A DNA stretch of 63,785 nt, counting the filler, from Hausera hauseri (lineage: Eukaryota), in the NCBI GenBank assembly GCA_046269625.1. It is 11 parts of 11 records of this genome, joined end to end, with 100 filler letters (N's around TTAATTAATTAA, not from the genome) between each part and the next. Parts side by side here need not be neighbours in the genome. Positions count along the whole stretch, not along the records: positions 1 to 11,909 come from JBJURY010059995.1; 10 more parts are not named here. One strand, given 5' to 3'. Each line of letters begins with the position of its first letter. Position 1 is the stretch's first letter. Shown here piece by piece: positions 1-9,057 of this stretch. The position numbers were made by a program, and so were the translations under genes. The notes under the pieces are model-generated. The model was not told the origin of the DNA. It was given only the letters and a program-made list of their open reading frames with translations, and made no database searches.

Positions 1-2
1 AA

Positions 3-998
3 ATCCTGAGCTAATAAACAATCATTTTGAATCATATCCTTATAAATTTGATATTGATTATTTACCATATAATGGAATAAATAATCTATTTTTCCGTTAT
101 AATAACTCATCGGTCTTACTTCTGTGGGATGTACGGTCTTCTGAGCGTTTTCTATTTCTATTTCTGAAACATAAATATTTTCCATATTAGTAGCAAAAAT
201 ATCTTCAACTCCACATCTAGTCACTTTTTCCTTTCGGATGAATCTTATAGAGTCTTCAATTTTCGTGGATATCATAATTGTTGGTGTGTCTATTTGTTCT
301 AATTTATCTTCCTCGTTTTCATTTCCAATGTTTCGTCGTGCAAACGGTGTACTGAGTCGTATTCCTCTGGTCACGTTAAATTTTACCTTTTTTAAAAAGG
401 CCAAATTACATTCAACCACCGGTGCAATCCAAGTAATAATTGAATCAGTAGTTCTACAGTACTCAGTGCCGTACTTACAATTTGTTTTGATCATCAATTG
501 TTTTGATTCCACATCGAATGAAATATCCTTTTCAATAATGGTTAATGTATACAGTGCTTGTACAACAACTCTTGCAACACCATCCACAGTGTTTCCATAA
601 CAATCTCCGTTAGCTGTAATAGACCCTTCCTCATTGATTGTATGATAATTTATAGCGTTTACGGCTGCTGCTATTTCGATTTTGTTATTTATTTTTAATT
701 TTCCTCTTTTTGCCGCATCTCTACATTGATCCATTGTTAATTCATGCGGTTCATTTGGGGTGGCCATTAAGATATTAGTTGAATGTCGATGTATTTTTCC
801 ACAGTGCCATTTCTTTATTTGCCTAGTTAGCTTACATTCTAGCGCTTTTACTCGTATGAATCTATTTTCTTGGTATATCCTGTAATTTTTAGTACCTTCG
901 AATATAAGTTTATCAGGCTCTGCATCTGGACATTTTTCTAGATCAACAAGGGAGTATGAAGCTCCAACCGCTGGATAATCGCAGTCATATGCTCGAAA
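3..998 (-). CDS. Chuvirus-type (class III fusion) glycoprotein ectodomain, N-terminal part
   Basis: FRAYDC..SYSLVDLEKC..LECKLTRQIKKWHCG..DQC..GSITANGDC..VVVQA..C..YC..W..C..RCG..YYNGKIDY..IYKDMIQNDC. Cys spacing and motifs match the Jingchuvirales G pattern as I know it. Preceded by the hydrophobic signal WLIILIIILCRGTHG (999-1043). Confidence 0.85.
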
Positions 999-3900
999 AC
1001 CATGAGTTCCTCGACACAGAATTATAATAAGTATAATTAACCATGTTAGATCATTAGTCCCTTGTCTAGGTAATGTACTACTAAGTAGCCTTTGTGCTTT
1101 AGTAAACAATTCAGAAAATTCATGTTCTCCATGACTATCTATTCTATATTCCTGTTCTGATATTTTACTTTCAGTCTTTTGAGGCTTATCAAAATTCAAC
1201 AAATCATTCCATCCTCCAATTCGATCTATATCTGGAGATATATGTGTTTTCAAAATTTCTATGACTACATCAAAACTACTCTCTCTTTCTTCAGTTGTAT
1301 CCGCCGAATTTTTAATTCTCATTGCTAAATATACTAAAATAGTGATAACTCTATCTTTTGTTAAACCTCCTGTCTTAATCCACTTTTGTATTATTTCACT
1401 ATCGTCTATAAGATCTATCCGTTCTGGTAATTGTTCATTTTTCACCGCAGTTTCTAATCGAACCAACGTTCGCTTTAAGTGATTTTCAATATCAAGAGTG
1501 AATGGCTCATCAATTAATAGGTCATTTTCTACTGGAAATAGGGAATTATAAATTCTCCATAAAATGGGTTTGATTTGCCTTGTTTCAAGATCCATTATTC
1601 GAATTTCACTTTTTCTTAGTGCTTTGGTTAAAGTATCAACTTTAACTTGCTCCCAAAGATTTTTCCTTGGACGACCTTGCGGTCTCTTATCAGTTTGTGT
1701 TGTTTCTTGTCTTGCTTGAAGCATATTTAATATATCTTTTACATTAGCTTCATTAATTAGATTTGATTGTTCTACTTCTTGTGAAATATCACCAATAACT
1801 TGGCTTGTTTGTTCATTCGGTCCTTCTGTCCGAACTGCCAATCCAGGAACTGATTGATCGATTTCCATTCTTTCTTGAGGAGCTGGTGTATGCATTTCAT
1901 CTTCAATATCCAGCCGTCGGATAGCTTCGTTTGATCCCAACACATTCTGTATACGCTGTTCTAGTTCTCTTTGCTTTAAGTTTTCGCTGTCTGTCCAATT
2001 TTCTAAGTGTACTGTAACAATTTCAGTTGGATCCATCCCATCCATAATTCCTAATTCTATCCATGGCCTTTCATAATTTAGGACAGTGCGACCCATAAAT
2101 GTCACTTGTTTTATTTGAATGTTCTCGTCGTCATATTGTAATCTTATCACTTCGATAGTTCCAATCATTGGTTCATCAACGTTTATAATAACTTGAAATT
2201 CACTAGTTTTATTTCTATATTTACCATATATATTTAGTTGAACTATTTCATTTTCCTCTAATCTTCTATCACTCATTCTTTTTTGATTATATCGTTGCAA
2301 TATCTCTTTTGCCATACTTGCTTCCAGTATGTGATCTGCGGCTTGTTTTACTAGAAACTTACGTATTCGAAGAAATCTTTCTCTATCTTCAATTAACCAA
2401 TTCATAATTCTATACATTTTATTCATAACAAGTGTGCAAACGTCCTCTTTATCACTGTTATTTAATAGCATAGTTAAATAATATTCAAACTGATCTTCTT
2501 CCGTTCGTATCTCTTCGATCTCCACCCCTGGGCCAAGCATCATAATTCGAGACATCTCTGTGGTATCTTTCCCTTTTTGGCTCTCGTCGCCGTAATTTTT
2601 ATCAAAAATATTTTTACCTTGCTTACTACCACCGACTATGGATTTGCCTTGACCTGTAAACCACGTATACATTCCTTGTATTCGTTTTGTTTTATCCATC
2701 TTTACTTTAGTACAATATTTTGATTTTTTTGACCGATTTTCGTATTTTGTTTTATCGGTGTAGACTTCTAAACCATTTTTATTTTCTTGACCTTTAGTCA
2801 ATACTGGTGATACATCTCTACTTATCATATGGTACGTATTTTCCTGTCGTACCTGATTAGTTGACTTCTCTTGAGTTGCCCTCAATCTTAGTTGTTTTTC
2901 TATTATTGAACCATCTACTCCATATCTCACTAACATCATCTTTTTATCAATTTTCTCATATTCTTCGTTTTCTTCATCTTTCTCCGATTGAATCCAGTTA
3001 TCCAAAAATACATGATATACCGAGCTATCCAATCGCTCTATTATTTCTCGCAATTTTATAAGTAAAACCATCGATATTTTCATTTCAAATCTTATATTTA
3101 ATTTACTAATACCCAGCATTCTTTTTACGCATTCAATCTCTACTTCACAAACATTATCAAATCCTCTTAAATATCGAATTCGTTTAACTTTTAATACACT
3201 AAGTTCTTTATTCATGGACACTTTGTTAAATTCATTTATCGTCTTAATTATTTCGTCAAAGCAATGACTACACTTATATCTTTGGAAAGAATTAATAGAT
3301 CGTCTGACCTTCAATCGTCTTTCTATTTCATTCTCCTCTTCTACTATATTTTCATTTAAGCCAAAACTTCCTGTCTTTAAAGTCTGTTTTAAATACGTTT
3401 CTAACTTCACTTTATTTATCTCAGTACTAGCTATATTTATGTGTGTCTCCGCATTCTCTTTAACTAATTTTGTTTCACTTACAATTTCACGATTCTGTAA
3501 GTCTACCTTTTTTGATAATTTTTCTGGGTCCTTCAATTTCTCTAGTCGTTTTCTTAAATCATGTCCCGATTCGTCTTTGGATTTTTCAGAATCTACTTTA
3601 TCTTCTTCTTTAATCATTAAACATTGCTTCTTAAATACATTTACTTCATTACAACCCATATTATCAGAATTTTCTAAGAAATTAACATCTATTTCCTTTA
3701 CATTATCATTCAATTTTATCCTTAATCCATCTGGTATACTCGCCTCTCCATTTATATCTGTCTCATTTATCTCATTAATTTCTGAACATCCATCATTAAT
3801 TTTTAGCCGGTTCAAGATTTGCAATTCATTACTCACTTCTATATTTTCGACTTTAATCTTCTCAATCTTTCGAGGTAGAGTTAGAATTTTAAGAGTCTCA

Positions 3901-5975
3901 ACACTCGACTCTTCCGTCAGCTCATTATCGCCCAACCTTTTACTGAATTCACTACAATTCCTAGAATCCGGTTCTACATCCGAATTAGATTGTATATCCA
4001 TTGAAAAATTGTCAATATTACATTCACTATTCAATATTACCGTGTTTAAGTCGAGTTCAGAACTCACATTCTCCTCACTTTCATTACTGGAATCAGTGGA
4101 CGGTGCCTTTAAATAATTTTCACTCAATTCATTTGCCATATAAATACATTCATGTTCCAACAGACTTTCAACATCCTTTATTTTTGACACTTCGGTCAGA
4201 TTTATTTCGACTGCATTTAATTCAGTACTTAGTTTATTTTCGTCTTGACAATACCAATTACTACAACTAGCTCCTTGTGGGTAACCGCCATATTTACTTA
4301 CAAACTTCTTTTCTTCAATTTCCCAAAATTTGAATACTTCATTATCAACATCATCATCCTGACTGATTTCTTCTGGGCAACCATATTCATGCATCATTTG
4401 TTTAATAGTTTTTATCTGTTCTGGATACTCTATTTTCCTACAATAACTATCACTCTTAGATTTTTCTTTTGATTTCTTATTCTTTACTCCAAACATACTA
4501 GCTTGATTTCCATGCAATACTTTTAACCTATCCAATTGAGTTCGCATCTCATCCCTTTCGGCTCTCAATTGTTTCAGTTCGAATTCTACATTTACACTAT
4601 TCGAATTTTGATAGTTTTCAACATTACTATCATAATTTCCTCTTGGATTCCATGTATTTTCATAACATTCCTGATTCTCATTGTCCCCCGATTCATTCAA
4701 TTGTGTCTGGAAATTTTGATTATTTTGCATAAGAGTTAGTTTATTATGGATTACCAACAATGGACATTTCTTCCAAACATGTCCTACTTGATTACAATGA
4801 TAACAAAATCTATTTTCATTCATCATACCTACCTGAGTTGGGCAGTTTCGGGCCACATGTCCCCACTGTGCACAAATATTGCACTGCTCAGGTTGTTGAA
4901 TATAAGGTGGCATTAATACCGGCGTTCTTTTTATTTCTGGGCAAGACTTGGCAATATGTCCAAATTTTTTACATTGGTTACACTGAATTGATCCTCTGTA
5001 ATTGACTTTGTCCCTTTCTAACGCCATTGCTTGTTGCTGTGTAGTTTGTGATCGGAGAGGATATCGTTTTTGTTGTTCTGGAGGGTTAATCCATTGTTTT
5101 CTATTCAAATTTGCTCCAGCGGCCATATCTTTAATAGGAGTACCCATTCTTTGTGGTTCTAGATTTGCCCTTATAGGTGGTTTTACAATATTTGGGTCGA
5201 TATTATGAAACAAATTTTGATTAATGTTCTGGTTAGTGCCTACATTCCAACGAGGCGGACCCCAACGCGGTATCGAAGGAACTTGCCAACCGGCCTGTCC
5301 ATAAGACCACGATGGAGTTCGCCACGCTTGGTTAGTCGGCCTAAAATTTCGATTTGGGTTTTGAAGTCTAGGGTTACTATTTAGGGTTTGGTTGTTATTA
5401 AATGAATTTTGATTGATTTGATTTAATTTATTCTCTACGTTTTCAAAATTTATTGCTTTTCTTATTAATTCACTCAAGGTGGAAACATCACTTTCGATCA
5501 ATTGTCTTTGAAGTTTGGGACTATTAAGTCCGGTGATAAAACAATCTATTAGAATTGGCTCTATAGCAAATATTTTAGGAGGACTCTTATCATCTTTATT
5601 TATTTCCTCTTTCTCTAAAGCTTCTTTGTATCGTTTACCTAGCAATTGTAAAGCAAATGCAAACTTATTAACTGATTCCCCAGGCAATTGCACTCTAGAA
5701 CGCAAACTTCTGAGTTTAGCACTAGACGATGGGTCAGGGTCTAGATTCCGTCGTAGTGTATCTACAAATTTATTCCAACTTAATTTCTCCTTCTCCTCAA
5801 TTTGTAAATAAGCCTGCAATGCTATCCCTTCAAGATGGGCAACTAAACGTTTGATTTTCTCTTTTTCATTCCACTCCAACCCATCTGCTTGTGCTGCGTA
5901 TACTAACATAAAATCGTCAAATTCAGACGGTTCACCTGAATACCTGCCTAAATTTAAATTAGCGAACGTAGACAT
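3..5975 (-). CDS. Gag-accessory-envelope polyprotein of a Gypsy-type LTR element (>=1991 aa, 3' end off-window; not in ORF track)
   Basis: Manual codon-by-codon check found no stop from ATG 5975 (frame open from 6113) to base 3. Capsid-like N-terminus (LGRYSGEPSEFDDF...W...KIKRLVAHLEGIA; MHR-like QLPGESVNKF) and three CX2CX4HX4C knuckles at 4764-4982. No D[ST]G protease, YxDD or DDE motifs seen. Confidence 0.9.
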   Translation of the reverse strand, partial: MSTFANLNLGRYSGEPSEFDDFMLVYAAQADGLEWNEKEKIKRLVAHLEGIALQAYLQIEEKEKLSWNKFVDTLRRNLDPDPSSSAKLRSLRSRVQLPGESVNKFAFALQLLGKRYKEALEKEEINKDDKSPPKIFAIEPILIDCFITGLNSPKLQRQLIESDVSTLSELIRKAINFENVENKLNQINQNSFNNNQTLNSNPRLQNPNRNFRPTNQAWRTPSWSYGQAGWQVPSIPRWGPPRWNVGTNQNINQNLFHNIDPNIVKPPIRANLEPQRMGTPIKDMAAGANLNRKQWINPPEQQKRYPLRSQTTQQQAMALERDKVNYRGSIQCNQCKKFGHIAKSCPEIKRTPVLMPPYIQQPEQCNICAQWGHVARNCPTQVGMMNENRFCYHCNQVGHVWKKCPLLVIHNKLTLMQNNQNFQTQLNESGDNENQECYENTWNPRGNYDSNVENYQNSNSVNVEFELKQLRAERDEMRTQLDRLKVLHGNQASMFGVKNKKSKEKSKSDSYCRKIEYPEQIKTIKQMMHEYGCPEEISQDDDVDNEVFKFWEIEEKKFVSKYGGYPQGASCSNWYCQDENKLSTELNAVEINLTEVSKIKDVESLLEHECIYMANELSENYLKAPSTDSSNESEENVSSELDLNTVILNSECNIDNFSMDIQSNSDVEPDSRNCSEFSKRLGDNELTEESSVETLKILTLPRKIEKIKVENIEVSNELQILNRLKINDGCSEINEINETDINGEASIPDGLRIKLNDNVKEIDVNFLENSDNMGCNEVNVFKKQCLMIKEEDKVDSEKSKDESGHDLRKRLEKLKDPEKLSKKVDLQNREIVSETKLVKENAETHINIASTEINKVKLETYLKQTLKTGSFGLNENIVEEENEIERRLKVRRSINSFQRYKCSHCFDEIIKTINEFNKVSMNKELSVLKVKRIRYLRGFDNVCEVEIECVKRMLGISKLNIRFEMKISMVLLIKLREIIERLDSSVYHVFLDNWIQSEKDEENEEYEKIDKKMMLVRYGVDGSIIEKQLRLRATQEKSTNQVRQENTYHMISRDVSPVLTKGQENKNGLEVYTDKTKYENRSKKSKYCTKVKMDKTKRIQGMYTWFTGQGKSIVGGSKQGKNIFDKNYGDESQKGKDTTEMSRIMMLGPGVEIEEIRTEEDQFEYYLTMLLNNSDKEDVCTLVMNKMYRIMNWLIEDRERFLRIRKFLVKQAADHILEASMAKEILQRYNQKRMSDRRLEENEIVQLNIYGKYRNKTSEFQVIINVDEPMIGTIEVIRLQYDDENIQIKQVTFMGRTVLNYERPWIELGIMDGMDPTEIVTVHLENWTDSENLKQRELEQRIQNVLGSNEAIRRLDIEDEMHTPAPQERMEIDQSVPGLAVRTEGPNEQTSQVIGDISQEVEQSNLINEANVKDILNMLQARQETTQTDKRPQGRPRKNLWEQVKVDTLTKALRKSEIRIMDLETRQIKPILWRIYNSLFPVENDLLIDEPFTLDIENHLKRTLVRLETAVKNEQLPERIDLIDDSEIIQKWIKTGGLTKDRVITILVYLAMRIKNSADTTEERESSFDVVIEILKTHISPDIDRIGGWNDLLNFDKPQKTESKISEQEYRIDSHGEHEFSELFTKAQRLLSSTLPRQGTNDLTWLIILIIILCRGTHGFRAYDCDYPAVGASYSLVDLEKCPDAEPDKLIFEGTKNYRIYQENRFIRVKALECKLTRQIKKWHCGKIHRHSTNILMATPNEPHELTMDQCRDAAKRGKLKINNKIEIAAAVNAINYHTINEEGSITANGDCYGNTVDGVARVVVQALYTLTIIEKDISFDVESKQLMIKTNCKYGTEYCRTTDSIITWIAPVVECNLAFLKKVKFNVTRGIRLSTPFARRNIGNENEEDKLEQIDTPTIMISTKIEDSIRFIRKEKVTRCGVEDIFATNMENIYVSEIEIENAQKTVHPTEVRPMSYYNGKIDYLFHYMVNNQYQIYKDMIQNDCLLAQD
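1197..1590 (-). other. Bcl-2-like domain within the polyprotein
   Basis: BH1-like KWIKTGGLTKDRVITILVYL and BH2-like ILKTHISPDIDRIGGWNDLL in correct order and spacing; upstream BH3-like IENHLKRTLVRLE. Confidence 0.65.
1662..1688 (-). other. AT-hook motif within the polyprotein
   Basis: KRPQGRPRK versus AT-hook consensus K/RPRGRPRK. Confidence 0.6.
2001..2250 (-). other. Ubiquitin/SUMO-like domain within the polyprotein
   Basis: VQLNIYGK..FQVIINVDEPM..VTFMGRTVLNYERPWIELGIMDG..IVTVHL resembles the beta-grasp pattern (FxGxxL..ELGxxDG..IxV); no C-terminal GG. Confidence 0.5.
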
Positions 5976-6197
5976 TTTCTGTTCTTCGAGTTGGTTATAA
6001 TTTTCCTCTAATTCAATAGATTCTTGCTCGAAAACTTTTCTCCTAAAATTTTCTTTAACTAAAACCTTTTCCTGGTATCCTTCCAGACTCACCCTTGAAA
6101 ATTTCTTATAGTCTTATGATCAGAAACTATTTGTACGAATGCTACTCAACGAAATTTTCTGTGTCTAATTTTATAGTCTAGTTTTAATGAGATCAGG

Positions 6198-6215
6198 GTC
6201 CTGGCGTGGTCGCCA
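6198..6215 (-). promoter_or_regulatory. Primer-binding site complementary to a tRNA-Arg 3' end
   Basis: Minus strand TGGCGACCACGCCAGGAC, a few nt after ...AAACA and 220 nt before the gag ATG. TGGCGACC is the tRNA-Arg PBS start known from mdg1/412-type Gypsy elements. Confidence 0.85.
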
Positions 6216-6220
6216 AAATT

Positions 6221-6829
6221 TGTTTGTTTATACGTTATTTTATCACTACCCCGCTCCCAGATTAAATTGTTATGATTTACTTGATTTAACTCTAATTAAT
6301 TTTCCCCCTTTTTTCTTTTTTTAACTACTATGATTTTCGTATTCTTTATCACGTAATTTCCACTTTAACACAAACCTTCTTCAAGGCTTTTATCCCCTTG
6401 CTTTTTCTATCGTTATTTATTAATATCCAAACGAACTGGCTAAAGTGCTCCGAACCCGATTGAGATCAGACAAACTAAAATGACTACGATAGTGTAGGCC
6501 CACAAAAAAACAACTAGGTATGATTTTATCAAAATCAACAAGGAGTTTATCAATCACGAGTAGAAAATTGTGGCAATTTAACAAATCGTCCACAATTTTC
6601 TAACTACACACAGACGATTTTTTTCAAGCACAATATTTAGGGCCTTAGTTTACTTTCTTTCTTTCTAAGAAAGGAAATATGACAATTAAAGTATAATAAT
6701 AAAAAAATTAAGAAAAATTACCACCCACTTGAAAGTAATTTGTTTATTTCTTCTCTTTTTCTATTCCCCAAAAGTCGAAACTCTACAAGCTCGATTGACC
6801 ATCAACGTCGGTTAAGATTTTAAATAACA
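6221..6829 (-). repeat. Putative LTR (~609 bp)
   Basis: Minus strand starts TGTTATTT right after a purine tract and ends AAACA just before the PBS (TGTT...AACA inverted termini). No second copy is in the window, so the 5' boundary is inferred. Confidence 0.6.
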
Positions 6830-6842
6830 TTCTCCCGTTTTC
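6830..6842 (-). promoter_or_regulatory. Putative polypurine tract
   Basis: Minus strand GAAAACGGGAGAA directly before TG. Confidence 0.55.
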
Positions 6843-7173
6843 ATAAATAAGATAACTCGATGATTCTTCCTTTATTTTTTGTCAGTCTTTCTATTTCTAC
6901 TTTGTATATATATATTACTAATTAAAAAAAATGTTAACAATGTGTCTCATGCAATTGTCTTGAAAATTGCTATACAGTGAAATAATCAACCATCTCCACA
7001 GTTCCCATAACAGGAACTGTGCCTCTGAGGCAATCAGATTTACAATAAAAGAAATTTAATGAGAATATTTAATTATTGCCTCAGAGGTAATCAAATTTAC
7101 AATACAATCAGATCTACAACACAAGAGGGGGGACAAAAAAATATCGTCTTCCACTGGCGATAAAAGGTACAGT

Positions 7174-9057
7174 TCATGGTGAATCTAATACGATTTGATC
7201 AGTCCATGATGAAAAGTCGTCAAATAATGAGCGAGTGGGTGTTGGTGTAGGAATGGGTTTCTGAGGGCTTCCGATGGGTAACAAAGTATCTGTATCTGAA
7301 ATATCACCTGATTTTGATTGGGTTGGTATTGTGGAAGTAGGAAAAGTGGTTACATCTGTGCATAATAAGGGGTTAGTGATATTTGTAGTTTGAGATATCT
7401 GAAAGGTTTTTTTTGCTTGGTAATGGAAGGAATTGAGTGGTAAAGATTGCATAGCGGGGCTATCAGCATCTGTCGGTACGCGAAGAGGTGGTAAGAAAAG
7501 ATCTGAGGTAGGGTTTTCGAGGAAAGAAAAGTGTTCCCAATTACATTGTGGGATTGAGGATAGGGGTTTATACGGTAGTGTATTTGCCAAGTCAGATAGG
7601 GCTTGTGGACGCCATGGGGGTAAAAGCCAGTTAAATCGTCGTCTTTCTTTGTAGATGTCATGGACAATAAATATCATGTATTCAGCGTCCATTTTACTTG
7701 GTATAAAGTAATCAGTCGATTTGTATATGGCAGGAAAAGGTTTAAAGCCATTTTGACTATAGTTGAGGTCTATATACCCTAGTAATAGCTTGGCTGAAAG
7801 ATGCCAAAGGTTCAGGAAGTAGAGTGGGTCGAAAGTAACCAATATTCTGCCATATATGGCACGTTGAACATGGGCTCTACAGAGGGCGAAATCTGGTGCA
7901 TGATCAACATCATCTAAAGATATACTATGACAATGTTTATCCACATTATCAATTTTTTCTCTAGGGCAAACAAATGTCTTGTATTTTATGTTAAGTGGTC
8001 CATCTGGATCGGTACTAAGATCACCCAAGTAAATATGAATTACTACAGGAAGACTGCCTGAAAATGCCACGGCGTAGCCGGCGAAAATAATTTCCTGAAT
8101 AGGGTACGGATAGGGTGTTCGAACATAAGAATGTGGGATAGGATTCGGGGGTTGGGGTAGCCAGTCAAGTTCATTTAGGGGCACTTGTCCATTAATTGAT
8201 GTATCCAAATAACGGCGCCAAGGTGGAATATCCACATATTCTAGTTCTATATACGTAACCGAATTCTCTCTCATTAGGATGGTAAAGGAATGTGAACTCC
8301 AGACATCTGCTGTCAAAAGAATAGATTTGAACGAAGATAAGTATACTTTAAATATGGGTAGGGGTGGTCTGTGGATCTCTAATACAACAGATCCTTTAAT
8401 AACAGATAAAAGCATATCTTTTGGTTGTAGTGGAAAATTCTGAATGGAAAATTGTTGGTCTAAGATTTGTCGCATGGGGAATGGCCCATAATTGTGTGAC
8501 CAATAAGAAATCAATATACAGCGATCTTGCAGGCTATTACTTTTGAATTTATTAGGGATTGTGAACACAGAAGGATATTTAAGTGTAATGTTGCGAAATA
8601 ATGTATCAAAACGTACCGAGCGATATGTGGATCTAGAACGTAAAATTTCAAAAAGGAAAGGAATAGATGATCCCTTTGGCAAAAAAATGGGAATGCGTGG
8701 CATTTGTTGCAAGTTGGCAAATTGGATACTTTGCCCGATATTACGGATTGGTGGGGCATACATTAAAAAATAGGAGGTATTAGAATAAGACGTAGAAGCG
8801 AGGGGTAAGAGAAGTAAGGGAGGGTGAATTGTATCCATAGTTTGTTCAACGGATGCTTCACCACTTTCGATGCGGATAGTAGACTGCACATAGGTTGATC
8901 TCTGGAGCGGTATTGATGTCATACGGAGATATCTAACTTCACTGATGCAATAAGTCACTGAGATCACCTTGATGCTTGAGTGATCTAAAAAAGTAAAGTG
9001 GGTGTTAGACCACTGTGCCCAAGCCTGAAAACAATAGGCCGTGGCCGACTTTAATTG
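7174..9057 (-). CDS. Unknown Pro-rich 627-codon domain, probably expressed by stop-codon readthrough
   Basis: Track ORF 7174-8967 is in frame with ORF 9058-9393 and open up to its TGA; context TGA CAA TTA. Confidence 0.7.
   Translation of the reverse strand, partial: QLKSATAYCFQAWAQWSNTHFTFLDHSSIKVISVTYCISEVRYLRMTSIPLQRSTYVQSTIRIESGEASVEQTMDTIHPPLLLLPLASTSYSNTSYFLMYAPPIRNIGQSIQFANLQQMPRIPIFLPKGSSIPFLFEILRSRSTYRSVRFDTLFRNITLKYPSVFTIPNKFKSNSLQDRCILISYWSHNYGPFPMRQILDQQFSIQNFPLQPKDMLLSVIKGSVVLEIHRPPLPIFKVYLSSFKSILLTADVWSSHSFTILMRENSVTYIELEYVDIPPWRRYLDTSINGQVPLNELDWLPQPPNPIPHSYVRTPYPYPIQEIIFAGYAVAFSGSLPVVIHIYLGDLSTDPDGPLNIKYKTFVCPREKIDNVDKHCHSISLDDVDHAPDFALCRAHVQRAIYGRILVTFDPLYFLNLWHLSAKLLLGYIDLNYSQNGFKPFPAIYKSTDYFIPSKMDAEYMIFIVHDIYKERRRFNWLLPPWRPQALSDLANTLPYKPLSSIPQCNWEHFSFLENPTSDLFLPPLRVPTDADSPAMQSLPLNSFHYQAKKTFQISQTTNITNPLLCTDVTTFPTSTIPTQSKSGDISDTDTLLPIGSPQKPIPTPTPTRSLFDDFSSWTDQIVLDSP

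Noticed and set aside
238-5811. Plus-strand ORFs listed in 238-5811
   Set aside because: Antisense shadows of the long minus-strand polyprotein; Ser/Phe/Leu-rich with no motifs.
7122-7140. Plus-strand purine run as a PPT
   Set aside because: Wrong strand for the element and not followed by TG.
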